NCBI RefSeq assembly: GCF_003334305.1
Contig: NZ_QOWS01000021.1
From: Escherichia coli
GTDB lineage: Bacteria; Pseudomonadota; Gammaproteobacteria; Enterobacterales; Enterobacteriaceae
Strand: one strand, 5' to 3'
DNA: 64,000 nucleotides
Shown: positions 41,682-52,933 of the stretch, in pieces
Layout of the letters: the number at the start of each line of letters is the position of its first letter
Position numbering within the stretch: position 1 is the first letter of the stretch
Made by a program: the position numbers and the translations under genes
The notes under the pieces: model-generated
The model's database searches: none
What the model was told of the DNA's origin: nothing
Seen by the model: only the letters and a program-made list of their open reading frames with translations

Positions 41682-42493
41682 GGTGTTCCTTGTAATAATT
41701 GTTGACCAAGCCAGAACCCCAGCAGCGTATCTGCCCCTGACGTGTGCCCCAGCGCCAGCAGCGAATCAATCGCAACAGCGGTACGTTTCGGGCAACTCAG
41801 AGCATGAACAAAGTGCAGGAGTGGCGAGGCGAAATATCCTTGCGCGGCATAACGTAAATAACTGACGCTCACCGCTGTGGTAACGAGTTGCAGATTGTCG
41901 GAACAGGCAAAAAACTGGCGACCGGAGCGCGCATCTAAAGCGCCATAATACCAGGCCGCCAGCAGCATTCCGCTCAGCGTGTCATCATGACTCGGCGTTA
42001 ATCCGGGGCCTTTACCCAGCCAGTGCCGCCAGTCGGTCTTAACGCCATTGAGCGCGGCCTGAAAACAGTGACGAAACTGGCGTAACTCAGCAGGCAGCGG
42101 ATCGCTTGCCGCCAACGCCAGTGGCCCGAAAAGCCCGGTTTCCTCCGCGCGTTGCATCCATGCAGCTGCAAGTGGTTGAGGATGCGCAGGCGGCGTAATA
42201 CGCAGCAAACAATAACGCTGTGGCTGTTTAACCGTGAAACGCCCGAGGCGAATCCCTTGAGCCACAACCTGTGGTCGTTCATTGCCGCATAATCCACCGC
42301 ATAACGCATCGAATTGCGCACGGCGAAGCATCCATCCTCCGGGGCCGAAACCACTACCCTGACGATGCAGCGTTAACAGTTCGCCGCTTTCCGTCATCAG
42401 GTTAATCGCCCGTCGCCACACTCCCGCTAACCGCCAGGACTGGCGATAATTCGGTGCACTACGGCTGGCAAGCAGAGGATGGATGATCGTCAT
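41678..42493 (-). CDS. ylbF: YlbF (DUF2877)
   Basis: 271 aa from [18 protein letters not shown]... (GAGGA RBS); synteny. Confidence 0.88.
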   Translation of the reverse strand: MTIIHPLLASRSAPNYRQSWRLAGVWRRAINLMTESGELLTLHRQGSGFGPGGWMLRRAQFDALCGGLCGNERPQVVAQGIRLGRFTVKQPQRYCLLRITPPAHPQPLAAAWMQRAEETGLFGPLALAASDPLPAELRQFRHCFQAALNGVKTDWRHWLGKGPGLTPSHDDTLSGMLLAAWYYGALDARSGRQFFACSDNLQLVTTAVSVSYLRYAAQGYFASPLLHFVHALSCPKRTAVAIDSLLALGHTSGADTLLGFWLGQQLLQGTP

Positions 42494-42503
42494 TGCGCGT
42501 TCC

Positions 42504-43763
42504 TCAACCAATCCCCATGCTTTCAGCCAGTGCTTCCAGCGCCTGTTCAAAACACGCCAGCGGTGCCCGCACAGTGCCTGCGCCAATCTGCCCGATCCCC
42601 GCCTCTTTATGGGCGATACCGGTATTGATGAGTGGCGTAATGCCGGTTTCTACCACGCGACGAATGTCCAGTCCCAGGCACGCGCCCTGAAAATCCCAGC
42701 CTGGGATCTGCAACTGCATATTGCGCTCAAGGTAAATTTCCGCCATCTCTTCAGATACCGCTCTGGCCGCTTCCATGCCACCCGCACCGACAAAGCGCGT
42801 TACGCCAGGCGCTGCGATCATTGCCGCACCTCCGATACCAAAGGTTTCGGTAATCGCGCTATCGCCCATATCCGGGTTCGCCTGCTCCTGCGAGAAGCCG
42901 GTGAAAAACAGACCTTGCGGAGTGTTTACAGGCGCAGTAAACCAGCGTTCGCCCAGCCCGCTTACCCGAATCCCGAACATATTGCCGTTGCGGGTCATTG
43001 CCGTGACGATGCTGCCTGCGCGGATCATCGCGCCAGCATCCATCGCCGCCTTGCAGTAAGCCATCGCGAGGTTGAGGAAGAACTGATCGGTCACGCTGAG
43101 GAAATCCATCACTTCGGCGATGTGCTGTTTATCATGATCGAGGCGAGCAATTTGTGGGGCCAGCGCACGCATTAACAGTGCAGAGGAAGCAATATTGCGT
43201 TGATGGAACTCATCGCCCATCGTAATGCCCTGCGCCATCATCGCCGTGAGATCGATACCGCGCTCCATGCGCCCCAGCGCCGCGCTTAATACTGGCATTA
43301 ACACATCGCGCATCCAGCGATGGCGAGTCAGGACATCTTCGCCGTAAGCGCCAAAACGCATCACTTTGCCGATACCTTCGTTGAGGTTGCAGTACGCCCG
43401 GTTGCCGTCGGTCACGTTCTCGACCACCAGCATCGGCATACTGGCAGAAGTAATGCCGCCCATTGGCCCGACGGCATTCACATGGTGACAAGGAATGAAG
43501 TTCACTTCCCCCTGCTCCAGCATTGCCAGTGCCTGCGCTTCATCTTTCGCCCAGCCTTCAAACAGACATGCACCCACACATGCCCCTTTCATTGGCCCGG
43601 TCATCTCCTGCCAGCGCATTGGCGGCCCGGCGTGAAGCAGTGTTTTGCCCTGGTTTAGTTCGCTGATAAGTGAAGAAGCCGGTTGCACATCCAGCCAGTG
43701 TGGACGAGCGCGACGAATTTGTTCGATAACCGCAGCATTGGCTTGCGCCACTGATGTAAACAT
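42504..43763 (-). CDS. ylbE: YlbE (DUF1116), intact 419-aa form
   Basis: Single uninterrupted ORF; synteny between fdrA and ylbF. Confidence 0.88.
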   Translation of the reverse strand: MFTSVAQANAAVIEQIRRARPHWLDVQPASSLISELNQGKTLLHAGPPMRWQEMTGPMKGACVGACLFEGWAKDEAQALAMLEQGEVNFIPCHHVNAVGPMGGITSASMPMLVVENVTDGNRAYCNLNEGIGKVMRFGAYGEDVLTRHRWMRDVLMPVLSAALGRMERGIDLTAMMAQGITMGDEFHQRNIASSALLMRALAPQIARLDHDKQHIAEVMDFLSVTDQFFLNLAMAYCKAAMDAGAMIRAGSIVTAMTRNGNMFGIRVSGLGERWFTAPVNTPQGLFFTGFSQEQANPDMGDSAITETFGIGGAAMIAAPGVTRFVGAGGMEAARAVSEEMAEIYLERNMQLQIPGWDFQGACLGLDIRRVVETGITPLINTGIAHKEAGIGQIGAGTVRAPLACFEQALEALAESMGIG

Positions 43764-43772
43764 GGGAACCCC

Positions 43773-45440
43773 TTATTGCAAACGTTCTAATAAACGAGCC
43801 AGTTTTTTATTGCCGCCGGCGACTGGCGACCATTGGTAATGCACAACCGGTTTGCTGGCGCTTTGTAGCTCCAGCGCAAAGCTGCGTAATCCGATGTTAA
43901 TCACGGCGACGTTTTCCAGTAATGACGGTGTGTGTTGCTGTGTGGCAGACGAGAGCGGATGAATTAACGCTGCCGCCAGCAAGGTGGCTTCCGGCAGCGA
44001 ACTCACTACCGCGATCCCCGCATCTTCCAGCGTGGCGATTTGCTGCGAGCGGCATTGCGGGTCACGTTCGGTACCTGTCACCGTGGCAATGGCGTACAGT
44101 GGTTGGCTGTCTGAACGCGCGGCACAGGCTTTTTGCCAGGCGCTCACCAGCGAGGCAGCAGGATCGGCGGTCGCACCGAAGCCAATCACGACATCAAGCA
44201 GCAATACGCGCACTTGCGGTTTAGCGCCGAGATCGGCAATTAACTGGTTGCGTAAGGCTGGGTCGATCATCGGATGGGGACGCCCGACGGTGTAGAAATC
44301 ATCGCCCAGATCAATGATCTGGTGACCATCGGCGTCCAGCATCATGCCGTGATGATGGGTATCGTCGGCTTCCACGCCAAGGTGCCCGGCAAGTAATCCC
44401 GCCGCTTCGGCAGCAAGCGTACCGCCGGTATACAAACCGCAAATAAATCCGCTGCTGACAGGCGCTATTGCGTTACGTCGCGCCGTGACGCGTGAAAGCA
44501 GGCAAGCCAGGCGTGCGGCCTCATCCAGCGAGGAGGCAAACCAGACATTCTCGTCGCGGGCCACCGCCGGGGTATAACCTAAAAACAGCGCCACCGTCGG
44601 TTTGCCGGTTGCTTTCATGGCATTAACAATTTTCAGACGCACAGCTTCGGCAGGCGGTTTTGAAACAAATGCCAGCACTTCGCTTTTCTCGTCTGCACTG
44701 AGCATTTCCAGCGCCGTCAGCGCACTGATGCCGCCCACTTCACGGCTGAGGTCGCGCCCGCCAAGGCCAATCGCGTGAGTAATTCCCTCCCCTGCCAGCG
44801 CAATCTGTGAGCACAGCTCCTGAATCCCGGTACCGGAAGCGCCAATGACGCCAATGTTGCCTTCCGGCATCACGTTAGCAAAAGCCAGCGGCGTGGCGGC
44901 AATCATCGACGTACCGCAGTCCGGCCCCATCACCAGCAAGCCTTTTTCTCGCGCGCGGGTTTTAAGTTGGATTTCATCTTCCAGCGTGACGTTATCGGAG
45001 AACATCATCACGTTGAGGTTGCGATCCAGCGCCTGATTCGCCAGCTCCGCCGCATACTCGCCAGCCACTGAAATCAGCGCCAGATTGGCATCGGATAATT
45101 TCTGACAGGCACTGTCCCAGCGACGCACCTGCGTCAAGGACTGGCTGCTGCCTGACCCCTGCGCCAGTTGTTTTAGCGCCTCTTCAAGCTGCTGCATAAT
45201 CGCCTGCGCGATCCCCGCATCCGCCGCTTCGCTACGTATTGCCACGCAAATATCGTTCGGCGTGGCGTTATTAAAATCGTCATGCCAGAAACCTGTGGTA
45301 TCTAATAACGCTTTATTGGCGGGCGTACCCATCATTACGGAAACATCATCAACATTTTCTGATTCGCTGAGTTTTCGTGAAATAATCATTAAACTGACCG
45401 AATCCTGAAAACACCCTTTTTTAATAAAGGCGTGGATCAT
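43773..45440 (-). CDS. fdrA: FdrA (acyl-CoA synthetase/succinyl-CoA ligase alpha-like)
   Basis: 555 aa, MIHAFIKKGCFQDSVSLMIISRKL... Confidence 0.92.
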   Translation of the reverse strand: MIHAFIKKGCFQDSVSLMIISRKLSESENVDDVSVMMGTPANKALLDTTGFWHDDFNNATPNDICVAIRSEAADAGIAQAIMQQLEEALKQLAQGSGSSQSLTQVRRWDSACQKLSDANLALISVAGEYAAELANQALDRNLNVMMFSDNVTLEDEIQLKTRAREKGLLVMGPDCGTSMIAATPLAFANVMPEGNIGVIGASGTGIQELCSQIALAGEGITHAIGLGGRDLSREVGGISALTALEMLSADEKSEVLAFVSKPPAEAVRLKIVNAMKATGKPTVALFLGYTPAVARDENVWFASSLDEAARLACLLSRVTARRNAIAPVSSGFICGLYTGGTLAAEAAGLLAGHLGVEADDTHHHGMMLDADGHQIIDLGDDFYTVGRPHPMIDPALRNQLIADLGAKPQVRVLLLDVVIGFGATADPAASLVSAWQKACAARSDSQPLYAIATVTGTERDPQCRSQQIATLEDAGIAVVSSLPEATLLAAALIHPLSSATQQHTPSLLENVAVINIGLRSFALELQSASKPVVHYQWSPVAGGNKKLARLLERLQ

Positions 45441-45756
45441 AACAACTCCTTAAAAATTGCACCCATGGCAATTGCACGAGCAGTGTTAATGTGGCGATTA
45501 CGGTATCGATGACAACGGGTAAATAAGGTGATGAATATCACACAGGGATTATTAACAAAAGAATTCAAATAACCGCCAGGCTATTACGCATTATTTTTTA
45601 ATAAGCGTGGTTGTTTTAAAAATCAGGTTAAAAGTGAGCGGATTATCAAATAAATTCTAACTATATTTTTTTGCCTGTCTGGATCACATAATCCAGATAT
45701 TTTCCCTGTATGTTAATTGCAGTCATGCTTCACACCGTCGTTAAAAAGGAAGACAG

Positions 45757-46806
45757 ATGAAAATCAGTCGGGAAACACTCCACCAGCTAATCGAGAATAA
45801 ACTCTGCCAGGCTGGGTTAAAACGTGAGCACGCTGCAACCGTGGCTGAAGTATTGGTTTACGCCGATGCCAGAGGGATCCACTCTCATGGCGCGGTGCGC
45901 GTGGAATACTACGCGGAACGCATTTCAAAAGGCGGCACCAACCGCGAACCGGAGTTTCGTCTTGAGGAAACCGGGCCGTGCTCGGCAATTTTACATGCCG
46001 ACAATGCCGCCGGACAGGTCGCGGCGAAAATGGGTATGGAACATGCCATCAAAACCGCCGAGCAAAATGGCGTTGCGGTGGTCGGAATCAGCCGGATGGG
46101 TCACAGCGGCGCAATCTCTTATTTTGTGCAGCAGGCAGCCCGCGCCGGATTAATTGGCATTTCGATGTGCCAGTCCGATCCAATGGTGGTGCCGTTTGGC
46201 GGCGCGGAAATTTACTACGGTACTAACCCACTGGCCTTTGCCGCGCCGGGAGAAGGCGACGAGATCCTTACCTTTGATATGGCGACTACCGTACAGGCAT
46301 GGGGAAAAGTGCTCGACGCCCGCTCGCGTAATATGTCTATCCCGGATACCTGGGCGGTCGATAAAAACGGAGCACCAACAACCGATCCGCTCGCGGTACA
46401 TGCTCTGCTCCCCGCCGCCGGGCCGAAAGGGTATGGCCTGATGATGATGATTGACGTCCTCTCAGGCGTCTTACTCGGCTTACCGTTCGGGCGACAGGTT
46501 AGTTCGATGTATGACGATTTACACGCCGGGCGTAATTTGGGGCAATTACATATAGTTATTAATCCGAACTTTTTCTCCTCCAGCGAATTATTCCGTCAAC
46601 ATCTTAGCCAGACCATGCGCGAATTAAATGCCATTACCCCCGCGCCCGGTTTTAATCAGGTTTATTATCCCGGACAGGATCAGGATATTAAACAACGCAA
46701 AGCCGCCGTCGAAGGCATCGAAATTGTTGATGATATTTACCAGTATTTAATTTCCGACGCGCTTTATAACACGTCATACGAAACGAAAAATCCCTTTGCG
46801 CAATAA
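45757..46806 (+). CDS. allD: Ureidoglycolate dehydrogenase
   Basis: 349 aa, MKISRETLHQLIENKLCQAGLKREHAATV... Confidence 0.94.
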   Translation: MKISRETLHQLIENKLCQAGLKREHAATVAEVLVYADARGIHSHGAVRVEYYAERISKGGTNREPEFRLEETGPCSAILHADNAAGQVAAKMGMEHAIKTAEQNGVAVVGISRMGHSGAISYFVQQAARAGLIGISMCQSDPMVVPFGGAEIYYGTNPLAFAAPGEGDEILTFDMATTVQAWGKVLDARSRNMSIPDTWAVDKNGAPTTDPLAVHALLPAAGPKGYGLMMMIDVLSGVLLGLPFGRQVSSMYDDLHAGRNLGQLHIVINPNFFSSSELFRQHLSQTMRELNAITPAPGFNQVYYPGQDQDIKQRKAAVEGIEIVDDIYQYLISDALYNTSYETKNPFAQ

Positions 46807-46827
46807 TTATTGAGACAGGACTTTCTT

Positions 46828-48063
46828 ATGATTACACATTTCCGTCAAGCCATAGAAGAAACGCTACCCTGGCTTTCCTCTTTTGGCGCTGACCCAACGG
46901 GTGGGATGACCCGTTTACTTTATTCGCCGGAATGGCTGGAAACCCAGCAGCAATTTAAAAAAAGAATGGCAGCAAGTGGGCTGGAAACACGTTTCGATGA
47001 AGTAGGGAATTTATACGGTCGCCTGAATGGTACCGAATATCCACAGGAAGTGATTCTGAGCGGTTCGCATATCGATACCGTGGTTAACGGCGGTAACCTC
47101 GACGGGCAATTCGGCGCGCTGGCGGCGTGGCTGGCAATTGACTGGCTGAAAACGCAATACGGCGCGCCGCTACGTACGGTCGAAGTGGTGGCGATGGCAG
47201 AAGAAGAAGGCAGCCGCTTCCCGTATGTCTTCTGGGGCAGTAAAAATATCTTTGGGCTGGCGAATCCTGACGACGTGCGGAATATCTGTGATGCCAAAGG
47301 AAATAGTTTTGTCGATGCGATGAAGGCTTGCGGATTTACTCTTCCGAACGCCCCACTAACTCCGCGTCAGGATATTAAAGCCTTTGTTGAACTGCATATT
47401 GAACAGGGCTGTGTGCTGGAAAGTAATGGGCAATCAATTGGCGTGGTGAATGCAATTGTCGGGCAGCGTCGTTATACGGTAACGCTGAACGGCGAATCAA
47501 ACCATGCAGGCACCACGCCGATGGGTTATCGTCGTGATACAGTTTACGCTTTCAGTCGCATTTGCCATCAGTCGGTCGAAAAAGCGAAAAGGATGGGCGA
47601 TCCGCTGGTTCTGACCTTTGGCAAAGTAGAGCCGCGCCCGAATACGGTAAATGTGGTGCCGGGTAAAACCACGTTCACCATTGATTGTCGTCATACCGAC
47701 GCTGCCGTGCTGCGCGATTTCACCCAACAGTTAGAAAACGACATGCGGGCGATTTGCGATGAAATGGACATTGGTATTGATATCGATTTATGGATGGACG
47801 AAGAACCCGTGCCGATGAATAAGGAGCTGGTCGCCACCCTGACAGAATTGTGTGAAAGTGAAAAACTGAATTACCGGGTGATGCACAGTGGTGCCGGGCA
47901 CGACGCGCAAATTTTCGCGCCTCGCGTACCAACCTGCATGATTTTCATTCCCAGCATCAACGGGATCAGCCATAACCCGGCGGAACGCACCAATATTACC
48001 GACCTTGCCGAAGGGGTCAAAACGTTGGCACTCATGCTTTATCAACTTGCCTGGCAGAAATAA
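46828..48063 (+). CDS. allC: Allantoate amidohydrolase
   Basis: 411 aa from MITHFRQAIEETLPWLSSFG... Confidence 0.94.
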   Translation: MITHFRQAIEETLPWLSSFGADPTGGMTRLLYSPEWLETQQQFKKRMAASGLETRFDEVGNLYGRLNGTEYPQEVILSGSHIDTVVNGGNLDGQFGALAAWLAIDWLKTQYGAPLRTVEVVAMAEEEGSRFPYVFWGSKNIFGLANPDDVRNICDAKGNSFVDAMKACGFTLPNAPLTPRQDIKAFVELHIEQGCVLESNGQSIGVVNAIVGQRRYTVTLNGESNHAGTTPMGYRRDTVYAFSRICHQSVEKAKRMGDPLVLTFGKVEPRPNTVNVVPGKTTFTIDCRHTDAAVLRDFTQQLENDMRAICDEMDIGIDIDLWMDEEPVPMNKELVATLTELCESEKLNYRVMHSGAGHDAQIFAPRVPTCMIFIPSINGISHNPAERTNITDLAEGVKTLALMLYQLAWQK

Positions 48064-48073
48064 GGAGTCATAA

Positions 48074-48859
48074 ATGGGATATTTAAATAACGTCACCGGT
48101 TACCGCGATGATTTACTGGCTAACCGTGCGATTGTTAAACACGGTAATTTCGCACTGTTAACCCCGGATGGTCTGGTAAAAAATATTATTCCGGGCTTTG
48201 AAAATTGTGACGCGACAATCCTCTCCACGCCAAAGCTGGGTGCCTCTTTTGTTGATTATCTGGTCACACTGCATCAAAACGGTGGCAACCAACAGGGCTT
48301 CGGTGGCGAAGGCATTGAAACGTTCCTGTATGTGATCTCTGGAAATATCACTGCCAAAGCCGAAGGCAAAACATTTGCCTTAAGCGAAGGTGGCTATCTT
48401 TATTGCCCACGAGGCTCCTTAATGACGTTTGTTAACGCCCAGGCCGAAGACAGCCAAATCTTTTTATATAAGCGCCGCTATGTTCCGGTAGAAGGCCATG
48501 CACCGTGGCTGGTTTCTGGCAATGCCAGCGAACTGGAACGCATTCACTATGAAGGTATGGATGATGTGATCCTGCTGGATTTTCTGCCCAAAGAGTTAGG
48601 TTTTGATATGAACATGCATATCCTCTCTTTTGCACCAGGTGCCAGCCACGGTTATATCGAAACACATGTTCAGGAACACGGTGCCTATATTCTTTCCGGT
48701 CAGGGGGTTTATAACCTCGACAATAACTGGATCCCGGTGAAAAAAGGCGATTACATCTTTATGGGCGCTTATTCTTTACAGGCTGGTTATGGCGTAGGGC
48801 GTGGTGAAGCGTTCAGCTATATTTACTCGAAAGATTGTAACCGCGACGTCGAGATTTAA
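48074..48859 (+). CDS. allE: (S)-ureidoglycine aminohydrolase (YlbA)
   Basis: 261 aa, bicupin; synteny. Confidence 0.9.
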   Translation: MGYLNNVTGYRDDLLANRAIVKHGNFALLTPDGLVKNIIPGFENCDATILSTPKLGASFVDYLVTLHQNGGNQQGFGGEGIETFLYVISGNITAKAEGKTFALSEGGYLYCPRGSLMTFVNAQAEDSQIFLYKRRYVPVEGHAPWLVSGNASELERIHYEGMDDVILLDFLPKELGFDMNMHILSFAPGASHGYIETHVQEHGAYILSGQGVYNLDNNWIPVKKGDYIFMGAYSLQAGYGVGRGEAFSYIYSKDCNRDVEI

Positions 48860-48901
48860 GTCATACCACTCGCCTGATTATTTTTAGCTATGTTGGATTT
48901 T

Positions 48902-48928
48902 GCCACGGTTTATACCGTGGCTTTTTTT
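48902..48928 (+). terminator. allDCE intrinsic terminator
   Basis: GCCACGGT-TTAT-ACCGTGGC followed by TTTTTTT. Confidence 0.8.
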
Positions 48929-48943
48929 GTAGTAAATTCAGGT

Positions 48944-48970
48944 AAAAAAAGATGCGATATAAATCGCATC
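48944..48970 (-). terminator. glxK-operon intrinsic terminator
   Basis: GATGCGAT-ATAA-ATCGCATC with a T-run on the minus strand (A-run 48944-48950). Confidence 0.75.
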
Positions 48971-48987
48971 CGCTTTAAAGGTAAGGG

Positions 48988-50133
48988 TCAGTTTTTAATT
49001 CCCTGACCTATTTTAATGGCGCAGGCAATATTTCGTGCGCTGTTGAAGAGATTGGTTTCACCGCTGGCGAGCACTTCGGCTAAAGGTGCCAGACGTGGCA
49101 AAATGCTGAATACCGCATCAATGCCGTACTGGTGCACCACTTCCACGCCATCACCCAATACGCCAGCAATCCCAATCACCGGGACATTAAACTGCTTCGC
49201 CACCGACGCCACACCCAGCGGCGCTTTACCGCCTGCCGTTTGCGAGTCGATGCGCCCTTCCCCGGTAATCACCAGTGCTGCGCCCTGCACTGCCTGCGCA
49301 AGATTGACCGCATTCAACACAATCTCAATACCTGGTTTAATATCCGCATTGAGAAATACCGCCGCCGCAATACCCATACCGCCCGCAGCGCCGCCGCCCG
49401 CCATCTGGCAGACGTTGATTTCAGTTTGCTGTTGTAAAACACGGGCGTAATTTTGCAGCCCCTGTTCCAGCTCTTCGACCATCTCCGGCGTTGCCCCTTT
49501 TTGCGGGCCAAATACCGCCGCCGCGCCGCGTGCCCCTACCAGCGGGTTATCAACGTCACATGCCACTTCAATATGGCTTTTCGCCAGACGCGGATCGCAT
49601 TCCTCTATCTCAATGCTTGCCACGCGCGCTAAATTGCCGCCGTTAGCCGCCAGCACCTGGCCGTCGGCATCAAGGAAACGCACACCAAGCGCCTGCGCCA
49701 TGCCCATACCGCCGTCGACCGTCGCACTGCCGCCAATGCCGAGAATAATATGGCGAATGCCGTTATCCAGCGCATGACGAATTAACTCCCCCGTACCAAA
49801 ACTGGAGGCCAGCAACGGATTACGCTTTTCAGGCGCGACCAGCATCAGGCCACTTGCTGCCGCCATCTCAATCACCGCCGTTTTCCCGTCGCCGGTAAGG
49901 CCATAAAAAGCATTCACTTTTTCGCCCATCGGCCCGCAGACTTCAAGCGTCACGATGTTGCCGCCCGTCGCGGCGACCATCGCATCCACCGTTCCTTCGC
50001 CGCCATCCGCTATCGGCAAACAGATATAGTTCGCATCGGGAAAGAGGGTCGAAAACCCGGCTTTAATTGCCTGACAACATTTTTCTGCACTTAAGCTCTC
50101 TTTAAAAGAGTCTGGCGCAATGACAATCTTCAT
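48988..50133 (-). CDS. glxK: Glycerate 2-kinase
   Basis: 381 aa from [21 protein letters not shown]... (AAGGA RBS). Confidence 0.94.
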   Translation of the reverse strand: MKIVIAPDSFKESLSAEKCCQAIKAGFSTLFPDANYICLPIADGGEGTVDAMVAATGGNIVTLEVCGPMGEKVNAFYGLTGDGKTAVIEMAAASGLMLVAPEKRNPLLASSFGTGELIRHALDNGIRHIILGIGGSATVDGGMGMAQALGVRFLDADGQVLAANGGNLARVASIEIEECDPRLAKSHIEVACDVDNPLVGARGAAAVFGPQKGATPEMVEELEQGLQNYARVLQQQTEINVCQMAGGGAAGGMGIAAAVFLNADIKPGIEIVLNAVNLAQAVQGAALVITGEGRIDSQTAGGKAPLGVASVAKQFNVPVIGIAGVLGDGVEVVHQYGIDAVFSILPRLAPLAEVLASGETNLFNSARNIACAIKIGQGIKN

Positions 50134-50154
50134 TATCAATCCTTTTTCAACAAA

Positions 50155-51456
50155 TTATTCGATACGTTCCCACGGAATAAGGTTATCCATAAGAACAGCC
50201 AGTAAAATCCCGACCAATAAGCCGTTACTGAGCAGAGGACGAAGCGTTAATGGAAGGTCTTGCAGATACACAGGCGGTAATGCCATTAAAAATATGCCGA
50301 CAAATAACGGCAATGCGAGTCGATAAATATTGCGAGCGGTAAAGGTTATTTGCTGGCTAAACACCAGCGCGGAAAAGAGTAAAGGCAGATAAGAAACCAG
50401 CATGACCGCGCTACTCACGGGTAAAGGGATACTGCAAAACAGTCGTGTGAGTGCCGGAACCAGCGCCACCAGCAGGCAAATAACGCTGCCATAAATAAAC
50501 GAACGCCGCGTGTAATCGCCTGTCTGGGTTAATAAACCAATGGATGAAACAAACGGTGAAAATGGAATTACCGCCAGCGGTACGGTTATCAGCGTCATAA
50601 ATCCGGTCGCCACAAAGCTGCGACGATAACGCGTATTTCCCGCGCCCTGCTGCGGATAAAAAACATCCGTGCCCCGAATCGCACCGTAGGTATTGCTGAT
50701 ATTCACCAGACCTGTAATCACCGCCGTCAGAATAATTCCCGGAGACAAAGCACCTCCACTGCCGAGCGGGAACCACTGCCAGTGCAACTCACCGGAGAGC
50801 GAGTGCGAAGAAGGAAAGCAAAAGTACCACAACAACCAGCCGGTTATGGTGCCGACCAGCAGGCCATAACGGGCAAAACGTTGCGGCAGGAAGATAATCA
50901 TCCCCAGTACCAGGCACATCACCGCCACCGAGAGCGCGAACGGCGGTAACTGAATTTTAAAATTTGGGTCGGCTATGCCAAACGGCAGCCCGAGCATACC
51001 TTTGAAAAAGATAGTGGTCAGCTGCGCGCCCAGCATCAACATAAACAAGACCATCACCGACGGCGTAAATAACCGCGCCAGGCGATGGCCTAATCCGCTA
51101 AAACCAATCAACACCGTCAGCACGCCGGAGAGTGCAATCCCCACTGCCAGGCTGGTGGCGATATCGTTGATCGGTGTCCCGCGCGATGCTTCGCCAAGGG
51201 TGATAGTAAGGATGGTTCCCCACCACAGGCCACCTGGCCCTTCCATAATAGCGCGACGATGACCGCAGAACGCCTGAGCGAAGCAGGCCAGTGCGGTAGC
51301 AAGAAAAGCATATTGCGTGAGTGTAAGCAGGCTACTTTGCGGCAACTGAAAAGCAGAAAGTAGCGTAGGAGGAACCACAACCGTGTTGCAAAAAATAAAG
51401 AAAAACCACTGAAATCCTGATAACAGGCTTTCGCGGCTCACTGCAAAATTGAACAT
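50155..51456 (-). CDS. ybbY: Putative purine/uracil permease YbbY
   Basis: 433 aa from the ATG at 51456 (AAGGTG RBS); polytopic membrane protein. Confidence 0.9.
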   Translation of the reverse strand: MFNFAVSRESLLSGFQWFFFIFCNTVVVPPTLLSAFQLPQSSLLTLTQYAFLATALACFAQAFCGHRRAIMEGPGGLWWGTILTITLGEASRGTPINDIATSLAVGIALSGVLTVLIGFSGLGHRLARLFTPSVMVLFMLMLGAQLTTIFFKGMLGLPFGIADPNFKIQLPPFALSVAVMCLVLGMIIFLPQRFARYGLLVGTITGWLLWYFCFPSSHSLSGELHWQWFPLGSGGALSPGIILTAVITGLVNISNTYGAIRGTDVFYPQQGAGNTRYRRSFVATGFMTLITVPLAVIPFSPFVSSIGLLTQTGDYTRRSFIYGSVICLLVALVPALTRLFCSIPLPVSSAVMLVSYLPLLFSALVFSQQITFTARNIYRLALPLFVGIFLMALPPVYLQDLPLTLRPLLSNGLLVGILLAVLMDNLIPWERIE

Positions 51457-51512
51457 AAACACACCTTAACCGGAGAATGCCCGCCGCAAGGACGGGCATT
51501 GCAGGGGCCAGA

Positions 51513-52874
51513 TTACTGCTGATGTTTAAGGATAAATTGACCTTTCGGCGCAACAGGGAAGCCCTGTTCAATGTCGTAAATCACATCACCACGTAAGATG
51601 GTTTTCGTGATACGCGCGCCAATGGTACGGCCAACATACGGGCTGACTTTGTGGCGATATTCCAGATCGTCATTGGTAAGAACATAGCTGCTATTCGGCT
51701 GAATGAAGACGAAGTCGGCATCTTTTCCTGGGGCGATACGGCCTTTTTGCTGCAGACCGAAAATATCTGCTGCGTTAGTCGCCATTAATTTGCCGAACAT
51801 TGGCAGAGACATTCCGCGTTTCTGTACCGCTTCATCGAACATCACGTCCATACAGTTTTGCAGACCGGCAATACCGCCCCATGCTTCCATGATGTTGCCG
51901 GCTTTCATTTCCGGAGGGCATGGTGAGTGGTCGGAAACCAGGCAGTCGATTTCACCGTTAAACAGTTTTTCCCACATGCCTTTCTGGTTTTCCAGATCGC
52001 GGATCGGCGGTGAACACTTCGCCAGAGTGCCGATTTCTTCGAACTGATCGGTATCCAGTACAAAGTAATGCGGGCAGGATTCACAAGTAACGTCCTGACC
52101 TTCCTGACGTGCACGAGTCACTTCTTCAACGCCTTCCGGGCTGCTGATATGGCAAACGTGCAGACGGCAACCGGCAACTTTCGCCAGATACAGCACGCGG
52201 CGAATCGCTTCCACTTCGGTAAATACCGGACGCGAAGCCACATAGTCATGGGCAGTTACGCGACCTTCACGTTTCGCTTCTTCGCCCAGTGCGTCACAGA
52301 TCAGCGCGTTTTCGCAGTGCACCAACACCGGCTGCCCCAGTTCGCCCAGCTTCTGCGCACCTTTGAAGAACTGCCAGTCGTTTACATCACGGAAGTCGTT
52401 GTCGATACCGCGATCGCCACAGGTCGCAACGAAGCATTTGAAGCCGACAACGCCCACTTCATCCAGCTCATGCAGACGGTCGATGTTGTAAGACACCAGG
52501 CCACCGAGTTGTGCCGCATCGATAGTCAGCTTGCCTTTAGCGGCATCGAACTTCAGTTCAATTGAAGCGCGGTCAACCGTTGCAGGCAGCTGGTTGAGCG
52601 GCATTTCGATCATGGTGGTGATACCACCTTTTGCCGCTGCGCGAGTACCGGTTTCATAACCTTCCCAGTGGCTACGACCCGGTTCAGAAATATGGGTGTG
52701 CGCATCAACCATGCCCGGCGAAACCACCAGACCAGACGCATCCATAACTTCTTTTGCATCGCCCAGATCCTGACCGATAGCAGCAATTTTCCCGCCTTTA
52801 ACGGCGATATCTACAACGCGAGCTTCGTTTTCTAAAATAACGGTGCCGTTTTTAATGATTAAATCAAAAGACAT
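51513..52874 (-). CDS. allB: Allantoinase
   Basis: 453 aa, [30 protein letters not shown]... Confidence 0.96.
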   Translation of the reverse strand: MSFDLIIKNGTVILENEARVVDIAVKGGKIAAIGQDLGDAKEVMDASGLVVSPGMVDAHTHISEPGRSHWEGYETGTRAAAKGGITTMIEMPLNQLPATVDRASIELKFDAAKGKLTIDAAQLGGLVSYNIDRLHELDEVGVVGFKCFVATCGDRGIDNDFRDVNDWQFFKGAQKLGELGQPVLVHCENALICDALGEEAKREGRVTAHDYVASRPVFTEVEAIRRVLYLAKVAGCRLHVCHISSPEGVEEVTRARQEGQDVTCESCPHYFVLDTDQFEEIGTLAKCSPPIRDLENQKGMWEKLFNGEIDCLVSDHSPCPPEMKAGNIMEAWGGIAGLQNCMDVMFDEAVQKRGMSLPMFGKLMATNAADIFGLQQKGRIAPGKDADFVFIQPNSSYVLTNDDLEYRHKVSPYVGRTIGARITKTILRGDVIYDIEQGFPVAPKGQFILKHQQ

Positions 52875-52933
52875 AACAAACTCCTTGTAAAATACAGATT
52901 GGTTTTTAACTCAATGTTCAATATCGGGATTAA

